Source: Escherichia phage UGJNEcP3
Sequence record: OV876907
DNA length: 64,000 nucleotides
Strand: one strand, 5' to 3'
Shown here: positions 56,590 to 64,000 of the stretch, in pieces
Position numbering within the stretch: position 1 is the first letter of the stretch
How the letters are laid out: every line of letters begins with the position of its first letter
Notes under the pieces: generated by a model
Databases searched by the model: none
What the model was told of the DNA's origin: nothing
Seen by the model: only the letters and a program-made list of their open reading frames with translations
Made by a program: the position numbers and the translations under genes

Positions 56590-58271
56590 TATTCTAATAC
56601 TGTAAAGCGGCCAACCTTCTTCATTTGTAAATGTTGTCCATACGATTGTGGGTCATGGTCTTTGTGTGAAATTATAAAGACATTAGAATCTTCCAAAGAA
56701 TTTATAATATTTGATACACCTTTAATACCTTCTGCATCAAAACTTCCATCAAAGACCTCATCAAGAATAAGAGTAGATATATTAATGCCTGAAACCTTTG
56801 AAGCAATATCTCGCCAGGTAAATAACAGAGCCACATCTATTCTAGACTTTTCACCTTCACTAAATGAAGCATAACTAAAGTCTTCGCGTCCACGCGACTT
56901 AATCGTCTCATTGAACTCTTCGTCAAGAGAAAAACTATAATCCGCCTCTAACATCTTCAAATAAGAATTTATTTGCTTATTAAAGATAGGAATGTATTTC
57001 TTAATAATGGAACCTTTAATACCAGTGTCCTTCAACATTTCTGTCAGAATTCCACGGTGATATTTTTCCATTACCAATGACGATTTGGTAGAGACGATTT
57101 TATCAAGCTCTGCTTGAAGCGTGGCAATCTCTTCGGCATTACTTACGAACTCTGCAGCCGCTTGGTCAATTAATACTTTAACCTTTTTAGCTTTCTCGAC
57201 AGCAGTAATGGCTTGCTGCTTATGAGTAGCTATCTGAGATTTAATAGCCAGCGCTTTATTACGTTGCTCGGTTACTTGGTCTTTAATAAGTTTGAGCTCT
57301 TGGTACTGCTCATTAATCTTATCCAAAGATTTTTGAAGCTCAAAGTTCTTATCCTTAATTTTAGTAAGGATGTTCCCATGTTCTTCCAATCCTTGCATAC
57401 ATGTAGGGCAGTGACCACCTGTTTCGTATAACTTAACCACCTTTGTAAAGGTTGCCATATCATTTTTGATTGCAAACCCTTTATTACTCAGGTCACTCAT
57501 GGAGTCGCTAGGGTCATCATCTACGATAACATTGAGTAATTCATCAGTCAGGAATTCTATGCTCGCTTTCGCAGTCCTGGCTTCTTTAACGAGCTCATCA
57601 TACATTAATTGTAGTCGTGCCGCATTCTCGCCGGATAATTTACGCTGACGCTCTTCGTTGTCATTATAAATTTTAATTTGCTGGGTAATAGAATCCTGTT
57701 TAACGTCTATCACCTGGATTTGGCTATTAGTCTCACGAATCAAAGATTTGTTCAACTTATCCATATCCGCTAATACAGAAACCTCTAAAAGGTCTTCCAC
57801 CAGCTTTCGACGCGCTGGGGTTGACAAACCCATGAAGGGGGTATACCCTGCCGTGCCAAGAACGACAATCTGTTTGAAGCTTGCATAGGACATTCCGATA
57901 AGCTGTTCAAATTCTGCTTGGAAGTCTTTACTGCTGGCAGATTCATCAAGACGTTCACCGCCACAAGAGATTTCAAAAACGTTCGGTTTTTGTCCGCGTT
58001 TGATATAGTATTCTTTGCCATCGTATTCCATCCACAGTTCGACCAAAAGGTCTTTCTTGTTACTTGAGTTAATCAACTGCCCTTTCTTAACATCACGAAA
58101 AGGCTTACCGAACAGAGCAAATGTTACAGCTTCAAGGAATGTTGATTTCCCTGCACCATTTTTACCAGTGACTAAGGTCTTTTGGACCTTATCAAGTTGG
58201 ATTGTAATGGGCTGCTGCCCGACCGACATAATATTTTTATACGTTACTTTCTTTAACTTAAAAGTCTTCAT
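56589..58271 (-). CDS. 46: recombination endonuclease subunit gp46 (Rad50/SbcC-like ATPase)
   Basis: 560 aa from MKTFKL ATG; Walker A GKNGAGKST, central coiled coil with CPTC hook, C-terminal LILDEVFDG. Confidence 0.9.
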   Translation of the reverse strand: MKTFKLKKVTYKNIMSVGQQPITIQLDKVQKTLVTGKNGAGKSTFLEAVTFALFGKPFRDVKKGQLINSSNKKDLLVELWMEYDGKEYYIKRGQKPNVFEISCGGERLDESASSKDFQAEFEQLIGMSYASFKQIVVLGTAGYTPFMGLSTPARRKLVEDLLEVSVLADMDKLNKSLIRETNSQIQVIDVKQDSITQQIKIYNDNEERQRKLSGENAARLQLMYDELVKEARTAKASIEFLTDELLNVIVDDDPSDSMSDLSNKGFAIKNDMATFTKVVKLYETGGHCPTCMQGLEEHGNILTKIKDKNFELQKSLDKINEQYQELKLIKDQVTEQRNKALAIKSQIATHKQQAITAVEKAKKVKVLIDQAAAEFVSNAEEIATLQAELDKIVSTKSSLVMEKYHRGILTEMLKDTGIKGSIIKKYIPIFNKQINSYLKMLEADYSFSLDEEFNETIKSRGREDFSYASFSEGEKSRIDVALLFTWRDIASKVSGINISTLILDEVFDGSFDAEGIKGVSNIINSLEDSNVFIISHKDHDPQSYGQHLQMKKVGRFTVLE

Positions 58272-58521
58272 CGTTATAAGCATCCTTGATGCATGATTCA
58301 GCCATATGAATTAATGTTTCTGGAGTATCATCTACCATTACATTAAAGCTAAATTCTACAGCCCAATCGGTAGCAACATAAACTTTAATAAGCTCGCCGG
58401 TATCACGAGTGCTCACGGCTTCAAACCAGAACTTAATTGTACTAGGTTGACCATCATCATCAATAACTATACAGTCGTGTTCCAGTTCAAGTCCCGATTT
58501 TTTGAATTCATCTAAAGTCAT
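58258..58521 (-). CDS. hypothetical protein (46.1 position)
   Basis: 87 aa between 47 and 46. Confidence 0.55.
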   Translation of the reverse strand: MTLDEFKKSGLELEHDCIVIDDDGQPSTIKFWFEAVSTRDTGELIKVYVATDWAVEFSFNVMVDDTPETLIHMAESCIKDAYNDEDF

Positions 58522-59540
58522 CGTGTAACCTCATTATAAAGTTGTGCAGCCATAGTCTTAAGGGCTTTAACATCGGCTTCAGTGTGGCCATCAGGAAGGG
58601 CATCGATATAATCATACATCATATCCAAGAGGGATTTAACTTCGTCTTCCTCTTCAGAATCATCAATATCAACACTATTATCTACCTTAGACACAATACG
58701 TAAAGAGTGAACAACCTTTTCAAGCTCTGATTCGAACTTAGTAAGACCGTCATCGATTTTATCGACTATAACACGAACTGCGATATTTGTAAAATCTTTG
58801 TAATCGATAGTCTCGTTAGGATAATGAATCTTACGATGCCAACAGGTTTCATTAATGATGAAATCCATTTTATGAGTTTCGGTATCGAAAATCCAGAAAC
58901 CACGAGGGTCGTTCTCATCGCCTGCAGTAAGGGTCCATGGCGTACCAATGTACTTGACGTTTGCTGCATCAGAAATGGTGTGGAAGTGGCCAGACCATAC
59001 TTGCTTATACTTCTTAAGGAAATCAGGTTCTAAACCATGTGATTTCATTCCTTTATAGAAATAGAAACCATTTAATTCCCAGTGGCCAATACAGAAATCT
59101 GCCGTGGTATTTTTGATATGGTCCATGATATCAGTGGTGTTTTCTTCACACATCCATGGAATCAAATCAATTTCGGTGCCATCAAAGTTAACCGTAGTAG
59201 GTTTCTCAATAACCTTGATATGGTCATATTTACCCAGAACTTCAGAAGCTGCGTTCGGCGTCAGGGTATTTTTGTAGTGGGCATCATGGTTACCAACGAC
59301 CGTATACATGGTAATGCCACTTTCTTTAAGCAAATCAGAGATTTCGCGAGCGAATTCCATACACTTATGGGTAATTGCTTTACGAACGTCAAAGATATCA
59401 CCGTATTGAATCCACACGGTAATACCATTTGCTTTAGAATAATTGATAGCGTCTTGGATACCTTGACGTTGGATATTTTGTACCCACACATCATCGGCCT
59501 TCACTCCAAGGTGCCAGTCACCTGTGTTTAATATTTTCAT
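58518..59540 (-). CDS. 47: recombination nuclease subunit gp47 (Mre11/SbcD-like)
   Basis: 340 aa from MKILNTGDWH ATG; phosphoesterase motifs GDWHLG, GDIFD, GNHD, GHWE, GHFH. Confidence 0.9.
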   Translation of the reverse strand: MKILNTGDWHLGVKADDVWVQNIQRQGIQDAINYSKANGITVWIQYGDIFDVRKAITHKCMEFAREISDLLKESGITMYTVVGNHDAHYKNTLTPNAASEVLGKYDHIKVIEKPTTVNFDGTEIDLIPWMCEENTTDIMDHIKNTTADFCIGHWELNGFYFYKGMKSHGLEPDFLKKYKQVWSGHFHTISDAANVKYIGTPWTLTAGDENDPRGFWIFDTETHKMDFIINETCWHRKIHYPNETIDYKDFTNIAVRVIVDKIDDGLTKFESELEKVVHSLRIVSKVDNSVDIDDSEEEDEVKSLLDMMYDYIDALPDGHTEADVKALKTMAAQLYNEVTR

Positions 59541-59680
59541 AAGCCGAGCACCGTTATCGCAATGCAAAATAAAATTATTGAGATGAACCCATCAGGAGTA
59601 GAAAAGAATCCTATCCAACAGGCTCGTGTGAATGTGTAGAATGCCATGAATAACACGACATATCCTAAAAGTAATTCCAT
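59537..59680 (-). CDS. 47-aa membrane micro-protein coupled to gene 47
   Basis: GAGGAG SD; MELLLGYVVLFMAFYTFTRACWIGFFSTPDGFISIILFCIAITVLGL; stop overlaps gene 47 ATG (ATGA). Confidence 0.45.
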   Translation of the reverse strand: MELLLGYVVLFMAFYTFTRACWIGFFSTPDGFISIILFCIAITVLGL

Positions 59681-59722
59681 ATGTTCTCCTCAGTTGGTTC
59701 ATTTTATCATCCGAATATAAAG

Positions 59723-59745
59723 CAAAAAAGGAGCCTAAGCTCCTT
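59723..59745 (-). terminator. hairpin + T-run terminator
   Basis: minus-sense AGGAGC-UUAG-GCUCCU followed by TTTTTT. Confidence 0.5.
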
Positions 59746-59996
59746 TACCAATTAATACGCCATACAGAGGTTCATGAGAAGACCTGAACTTGATAGGCTT
59801 ATAGGTAATAGTACCTTCATTTTCCGCTTTAATACGAGCAGCTTCAAATTTAAGTATCATCTCATTTTTGTCAGATTTAATCTTATCAAAATCCATCGAA
59901 TTCGTCATTCATAAAACCTCTTAAACTTTTTCGTATTCGTCATTCATAGCTTAAAAATCTGGATGTTCGTCTTTCATTAGCCACCTGTCCATGTTA

Positions 59997-60197
59997 TCAT
60001 CGTTGCCACCACTTCTTAAGTTGATGTGAATCCACCCAAACCTTGGCTACAGGCTCAATCCGAAAAATTTCATCGGAATACTGCCCAACCATTTTATATT
60101 CGGTTTCAGTCTGCTTAATACAAATATTACCGTATGAGCGAAGTCTGAAGGCGGCTCCAATAAGAAGCCGTTTAAAGGGTTTATTTACTAGCGCCAT
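59997..60197 (-). CDS. hypothetical protein (66 aa from internal ATG)
   Basis: start placed after upstream ORF stop; basic. Confidence 0.45.
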   Translation of the reverse strand: MALVNKPFKRLLIGAAFRLRSYGNICIKQTETEYKMVGQYSDEIFRIEPVAKVWVDSHQLKKWWQR

Positions 60198-60492
60198 TGA
60201 TAATTTCCCAAATCTGTTTACGCGTAGTTTCCCACATAACTCTAACGATTTCGTCAGTAGTTGGTTGACGGTAAATACCACGTAATTTAATTATAGCATA
60301 TTTGTAAGCTTCGAAATTGTTTTCGAGAACAGCGCCCTGAGCATGTGTATTAAGACGCTTAATTTCACGGGCATTCTTTTTAAGAATTTTGGCAGCTTGG
60401 GAAGCGGCTTCTTTAGCATTATTCTCTTCTAAACGCTTCTGGGCTTCTTCAATTTGCTCTTCGGTCAATTGAGAAATGTCGGTGCTTTGCAT
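60181..60492 (-). CDS. hypothetical protein (103 aa)
   Basis: early-strand ORF in the 47-55 interval where T4 carries alpha-gt. Confidence 0.55.
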   Translation of the reverse strand: MQSTDISQLTEEQIEEAQKRLEENNAKEAASQAAKILKKNAREIKRLNTHAQGAVLENNFEAYKYAIIKLRGIYRQPTTDEIVRVMWETTRKQIWEIINGASK

Positions 60493-60493
60493 A

Positions 60494-60742
60494 TTAATCC
60501 TTGTAATTCAGTTTTATATAAAAATCTTCGTCGGTAACGTGATAGTTATAAGTTAATGTTCCTTTTTCAGCTTTAATTTCTACCGAATCAGGGTGTTTTG
60601 GGTCTATTACAATAGGAAGCTTGGCAATATCCTTAAGATACATTTTAAGAACATAAGGAATTGCCGAATACTCTCCATCTACTTCTTCTAAAAGGCCTAC
60701 CAGGTTAATCTTGAGTTCCATATAAAAAATCCAGCTCACCAA
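60494..60742 (-). CDS. hypothetical protein (82 aa)
   Basis: ORF directly downstream of gene 55. Confidence 0.55.
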   Translation of the reverse strand: MVSWIFYMELKINLVGLLEEVDGEYSAIPYVLKMYLKDIAKLPIVIDPKHPDSVEIKAEKGTLTYNYHVTDEDFYIKLNYKD

Positions 60743-61262
60743 CTTTAGATTCGGCGCTCTTATCAGACCCTGGCGCTTTAACTAAAGAGGTTTCATACTG
60801 AGTCATTTTGTCGTAAATATCCTGGATAAAAGTTTCATCTGCGATACCTACCATGTCGTCGTCATTGGCGTCATAAACGTTATGGACGAAGTAGCTGTAT
60901 TTCTTTGCCATTTCTTTACGTTCTTTCTTGATACGCTGAACAAAGGCATTAAAACAAGCCATAGTGATATATGCATGTGGGTTGTCGTATTTTGTTTCGT
61001 CGAAGTTATGAAGACCTTTAATAGAGGCTTCGATTCCATCAGCAATCATTTCTTGCTTCCAAGATTGGGTATATCCGGAGAAGTTGAAACGCTTAGAAAG
61101 GCCTTCAGCAATGAGCATAATAGCCAAGCCGATAACGTCGTTCTGACGAACTATTTTATTAGGGTCGGTATTTTCTCGGAGTTCTGTTTTCCACTGGGTA
61201 ATGGCTTTCAGAAGCTCCTTATTATTTACATAGTTATTTTTAGTCAGTTTAATTTCGGTCAT
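60705..61262 (-). CDS. 55: late-promoter sigma factor gp55
   Basis: 185 aa; [15 protein letters not shown]....[65 protein letters not shown] matches T4 gp55 (memory). Confidence 0.92.
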   Translation of the reverse strand: MTEIKLTKNNYVNNKELLKAITQWKTELRENTDPNKIVRQNDVIGLAIMLIAEGLSKRFNFSGYTQSWKQEMIADGIEASIKGLHNFDETKYDNPHAYITMACFNAFVQRIKKERKEMAKKYSYFVHNVYDANDDDMVGIADETFIQDIYDKMTQYETSLVKAPGSDKSAESKVGELDFLYGTQD

Positions 61263-61328
61263 TGTTACCTCAGATAACTCAAATCATAGGTCTATTATAT
61301 CATAGTATTTGGAGACCCGTTTAAAGCA

Positions 61329-61592
61329 TCAACGGAGTAAGCAATAAGCCTGAAATACTGTTTCAAGGATTTGTATGAACTCGGGATAAGAAATTGTATC
61401 AGTACATCCATGTTCGGACATATATCCGCAAAATTCTTTAAAAAGTTCCGGATAATCCCGATGGTTGTATTTGGAAATACGAGACTTCCATACTAAAGAA
61501 GTCTCACCACAAACAAACTCAACATCCATACAGTTATCTATTAAGAAAAATCCGAGACCTTCATAAGCGAGGGTGGTGGATATGGGTTTCAT
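61329..61592 (-). CDS. hypothetical protein (87 aa)
   Basis: 55.x-type early ORF. Confidence 0.5.
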   Translation of the reverse strand: MKPISTTLAYEGLGFFLIDNCMDVEFVCGETSLVWKSRISKYNHRDYPELFKEFCGYMSEHGCTDTISYPEFIQILETVFQAYCLLR

Positions 61593-61855
61593 TGTAGGAA
61601 TCGAGCTCCTTCTAATGCATCATCAAGATTATCAAACTCATCGACGTAATCAATACCGCCAACTTCATCTTTAGCGTATAGCCAGTACCGTTTAAATTCA
61701 TATTCGATAATAAAGTGGTCACCTTCAATCTGGAGAGCCCCATCACCATTAAATTGGACTGCATAACCTGTAAAGCGGACATCATTCAGGAGTTCTTCTT
61801 TCATAGCAATCATTTCCAAGTTTTTATCGTAATTAGAGAGTTTTATTTTAATCAT
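61589..61855 (-). CDS. hypothetical protein (88 aa)
   Basis: 55.x-type early ORF, start/stop overlap with neighbours. Confidence 0.5.
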   Translation of the reverse strand: MIKIKLSNYDKNLEMIAMKEELLNDVRFTGYAVQFNGDGALQIEGDHFIIEYEFKRYWLYAKDEVGGIDYVDEFDNLDDALEGARFLQ

Positions 61856-62096
61856 TTAAATAATCCTCAAATTCATTTAATGTCATGCCTTCATCCCAAG
61901 CTATTTTAGGATCCGGCATTTTCATATAAGTGGTCTTAGAGCTTATAGGAAATATCCTAAAATCGCGATGACTTCCACTTAGCATATTAGCCGCTTTTAT
62001 AATGGTTTCACTATTATTCATCATAGGGGTACGTTGGAAACCGGCTAAAGCTTTAAGGACTATTATAACCGATACATCTTCAGGCAAATTACTCAT
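61848..62096 (-). CDS. hypothetical protein (82 aa)
   Basis: 55.x-type early ORF. Confidence 0.5.
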   Translation of the reverse strand: MSNLPEDVSVIIVLKALAGFQRTPMMNNSETIIKAANMLSGSHRDFRIFPISSKTTYMKMPDPKIAWDEGMTLNEFEDYLND

Positions 62097-62422
62097 TTAG
62101 CTGCCTTAACAATTTTCAGGTCAACGAATTTTTTCTTACGTTGATTCTTCATACGACGGATGGTTTTGTCTGTGATTTCACCTGGCTGCCAAGCTTTAGA
62201 TTCGACACCAAAGGCGGCCACATCAAACTCGTCGAGAATATATTGAACCAGGATTTCACGAATACCGTTCTTACCAATTTTTTGGTCTTTAGAGTGCATG
62301 ATTGGTAACAGTTCAGCAACCCATTGGTCAAGAACCTGAGGAGTTACAAAGCCAGTTTTCATCAGTTCATTAACTTTATCGAAAGCGAAAGAGTTCAGTA
62401 CGTTTTTAATAGCTTGTGACAT
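62093..62422 (-). CDS. hypothetical protein (109 aa)
   Basis: 55.x-type early ORF; basic C-terminus. Confidence 0.55.
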   Translation of the reverse strand: MSQAIKNVLNSFAFDKVNELMKTGFVTPQVLDQWVAELLPIMHSKDQKIGKNGIREILVQYILDEFDVAAFGVESKAWQPGEITDKTIRRMKNQRKKKFVDLKIVKAAK

Positions 62423-62491
62423 AATAATTTCCTCAGTTTAAAAATTTATAATCCGTAGGACCATTATACTCTGGTCCCAAGAGTTTGTAAA

Positions 62492-62692
62492 CTATTTTTG
62501 TGCTAATGCACCTTTCCAACCTTCATACATCATTGCGGCTGATATTAATATTGCTCCTGCGCATTTTGAATATTTGTTATTCCAAAACCAGTTTAGAAAA
62601 ACTTCGTCATCAATACCTTGAGCTATCATATTTTCAAAGAACTGACGACGGGCTTCAGCAATTCGTTGTGATAATTTAGATTCAGGATTCAT
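62492..62692 (-). CDS. hypothetical protein (66 aa)
   Basis: early ORF; hydrophobic C-terminal segment. Confidence 0.5.
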   Translation of the reverse strand: MNPESKLSQRIAEARRQFFENMIAQGIDDEVFLNWFWNNKYSKCAGAILISAAMMYEGWKGALAQK

Positions 62693-62824
62693 TTAAATTT
62701 TCCAGTTGCCGTTTTCATCAATAAATTTAATCCAGTCATTTACTGACCACTTAGTCGTATCGCCTTTTGGAGTAACATTTAAAGTGTATAATCCTTGTTT
62801 AAAAAGCATACGTTTGATATTCAT
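62693..62824 (-). CDS. hypothetical small protein (43 aa from internal ATG)
   Basis: GAGGAAAAT SD before MNIKRM ATG; track ORF to 62917 overlaps upstream gene. Confidence 0.4.
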   Translation of the reverse strand: MNIKRMLFKQGLYTLNVTPKGDTTKWSVNDWIKFIDENGNWKI

Positions 62825-62831
62825 ATTTTCC

Positions 62832-63125
62832 TCAGCTGTAACGATAGCATTCGTTTGATTTACGTTTTGCAACTCGATGAGAAGTATTGTAATCGGGTTC
62901 ATCGTCGCTGTAAACATCTTTTTTCAGTTTTCTCACTTCTTTACGAAGTTGGCGGTTCATTTCATTCTTAACTTCAGAATCAACGCCGCTAAAGCGTTTC
63001 CATTTATCTGACCGGAAGATATTTTCATTCAAAGTTTCTTCCGATACGCCATCAGGTGCTTTACGTCTAGCAATGCAATTAAAATCTCTAGATGGCAATT
63101 CTTTACGACGGATAGTTTTACCCAT
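62832..63125 (-). CDS. hypothetical basic protein (97 aa)
   Basis: K/R-rich early ORF. Confidence 0.5.
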   Translation of the reverse strand: MGKTIRRKELPSRDFNCIARRKAPDGVSEETLNENIFRSDKWKRFSGVDSEVKNEMNRQLRKEVRKLKKDVYSDDEPDYNTSHRVAKRKSNECYRYS

Positions 63126-63127
63126 AG

Positions 63128-63382
63128 TTACCTCAACAGTTTGTATCCAATAAGGTTTTTAATGTACTGGATGTCTTTGATATCCAAATCCAACTTAAGG
63201 TCTTTCAGACGGTCGGCCAGGGTCAAAAAGGTTACATGCTTCCAATTCTTAACAGGACAGCAATAAGTCTTAGGACCATTTGCAATTTCAATATTCTTAT
63301 CAGTGACGGTGAGAAAAATTAGGCGCTCATCATCCAGATTAAGGGTGATGACATTTTTCATTGAATGCAATTTCAGGCTCAT
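63128..63382 (-). CDS. hypothetical protein (84 aa)
   Basis: early ORF coupled to upstream micro-ORF. Confidence 0.5.
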   Translation of the reverse strand: MSLKLHSMKNVITLNLDDERLIFLTVTDKNIEIANGPKTYCCPVKNWKHVTFLTLADRLKDLKLDLDIKDIQYIKNLIGYKLLR

Positions 63383-63557
63383 AATTTAATTTCCTTAGCT
63401 ATCGAACAAAATACACCACGGTCACAAATCATTTTAATATTAAGGTCAATTATGGTATACCACACGTCTAGGCTAGATATTTCAGTTACTAGAACAGCTT
63501 TGCCGTTGATTGAATAATACTGGTTGACTTTAATTTCTTTATCTTGGATAGTCATAA
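63381..63557 (-). CDS. hypothetical small protein (58 aa)
   Basis: GAGGAGAA SD after early promoter at 63578-63616; not in ORF track. Confidence 0.4.
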
Positions 63558-63577
63558 TGTTCTCCTCATGTGTTGAT

Positions 63578-63616
63578 AGGATAGACTATAACACGTGAGG
63601 AGAGGAAGTAAACACT
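63578..63616 (-). promoter_or_regulatory. early promoter
   Basis: GTTTAC(63608-63613), 17 bp, gTGtTATAGT, CTATCCTATCAACAC box. Confidence 0.5.
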
Positions 63617-63980
63617 AATCTTCAATTAAATCTCGGTCATAGCCAAGCTCAATCAAAAGGGATTTGAAGGCAGGAATATTTTCTATTTTCTTATTATCAA
63701 CAAAGATTACAGGATAGCGTATAGCTAAGCTCTTGAAGCCGGCACGTTTGGCCAATGATACTATAAGAGGCTTGTCATATACTGCGCCTGACGGCGTCTG
63801 GTTAATCACAGGATAGAAAGTATGTGGGATAGAAAGGGAATTTAGGAGCGATAGAACTGCAATGCACCCTGGACAGCGCATGACTGCCTCAGGGATACCG
63901 TAAATCTCAATTTTAGTTAACTTTTGGTCCACAGGAAATAACTCCTTGGTAGTCCCAAGTTTTGATAACTTCGTCTTCAT
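63615..63980 (-). CDS. thioredoxin-fold CxxC protein (NrdH/NrdC-like redoxin)
   Basis: 121 aa; beta-strand KIEIYGIP followed by CPGC; region matches T4 nrd accessory genes downstream of 55. Confidence 0.55.
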   Translation of the reverse strand: MKTKLSKLGTTKELFPVDQKLTKIEIYGIPEAVMRCPGCIAVLSLLNSLSIPHTFYPVINQTPSGAVYDKPLIVSLAKRAGFKSLAIRYPVIFVDNKKIENIPAFKSLLIELGYDRDLIED

Positions 63981-64000
63981 TAGTTCCGTATGGGACGTAA

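Noticed and set aside
1072-59531. Plus-strand ORFs embedded in minus-strand genes (e.g. 1072-1305, 1556-1897, 16081-16715, 20963-21406, 25060-26106, 47741-48055, 50099-51337, 59082-59531) and minus-strand ORFs inside the tail-fibre genes (3954-4347, 9260-9466, 10997-11248)
   Set aside because: Antisense or alternate-frame shadow ORFs lying wholly inside well-supported genes on the other strand; no SD or promoter context and unlikely codon composition.
59735-59908. 57-codon minus-strand ORF in the gap after the 47-aa micro-ORF
   Set aside because: Two competing ATGs in different frames and a stop inside a terminator hairpin; coding status too uncertain to list.
1-64000. tRNA, rRNA or other structured RNA genes
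   Set aside because: No cloverleaf-like sequences or rRNA-like stretches noticed; the T4 tRNA cluster lies elsewhere in the genome. A covariance-model scan was not possible, so this is absence of evidence only.
1-64000. Integrase, attachment sites or host flanks indicating a prophage or island
   Set aside because: Gene order is continuous T4-type lytic phage backbone across the whole window; no integrase or recombinase-like ORF and no tRNA-adjacent boundary.

Overview
This window reads as a contiguous segment of a T4-like (Tevenvirinae/Straboviridae) phage genome in T4 map orientation, with no host DNA, rRNA, tRNA or CRISPR array. Gene order is 32(partial)-59-33-dsbA-rnh on the minus strand, then the late long-tail-fibre and lysis block 34-35-36-37-38-t on the plus strand, then a long minus-strand early/middle block: asiA, arn-region, motA, 52, ac/stp micro-ORFs, ndd, rIIB, rIIA, an uninterrupted gene 39, dexA, dda, two Mod-type ADP-ribosyltransferases, soc, 56, an HNH homing endonuclease, 61, sp, dmd, 41, 40, uvsX, an accessory cluster, imm-like, 43, regA, 62, 44, 45, rpbA, a GIY-YIG homing endonuclease, 46, 47, 55 and small 55.x-type ORFs ending in a thioredoxin-fold protein. 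Assignments rest on reading the translations against T4/RB69 protein sequences and motifs recalled from memory plus synteny; no database search was run. The DNA polymerase N-terminus and the T2-type glycine-rich gp38 adhesin suggest an RB69-like (Mosigvirus-type) phage rather than T4 itself. The most interesting region is 44.4-48.6 kb, where the T4 beta-glucosyltransferase locus is replaced by a 297-aa unknown protein, a thymidylate-synthase-family pyrimidine hydroxymethylase, a P-loop kinase, a HAD phosphatase and a sugar-1-phosphate nucleotidyltransferase fused to an APH-fold kinase; alpha-gt is also absent between 47 and 55. I read this as a candidate NDP-sugar supply and DNA hypermodification module, which is inference only. 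Other points: a recurrent early-promoter element with a conserved transcribed box CCTATCAAC, several translationally coupled micro-ORFs including a Stp-like 25-aa peptide, tandem paralog families, two phage lipoproteins and two homing endonucleases. ORF-track starts sometimes use TTG/GTG; several starts were moved to internal ATGs with a Shine-Dalgarno sequence. CDS coordinates include the stop codon.
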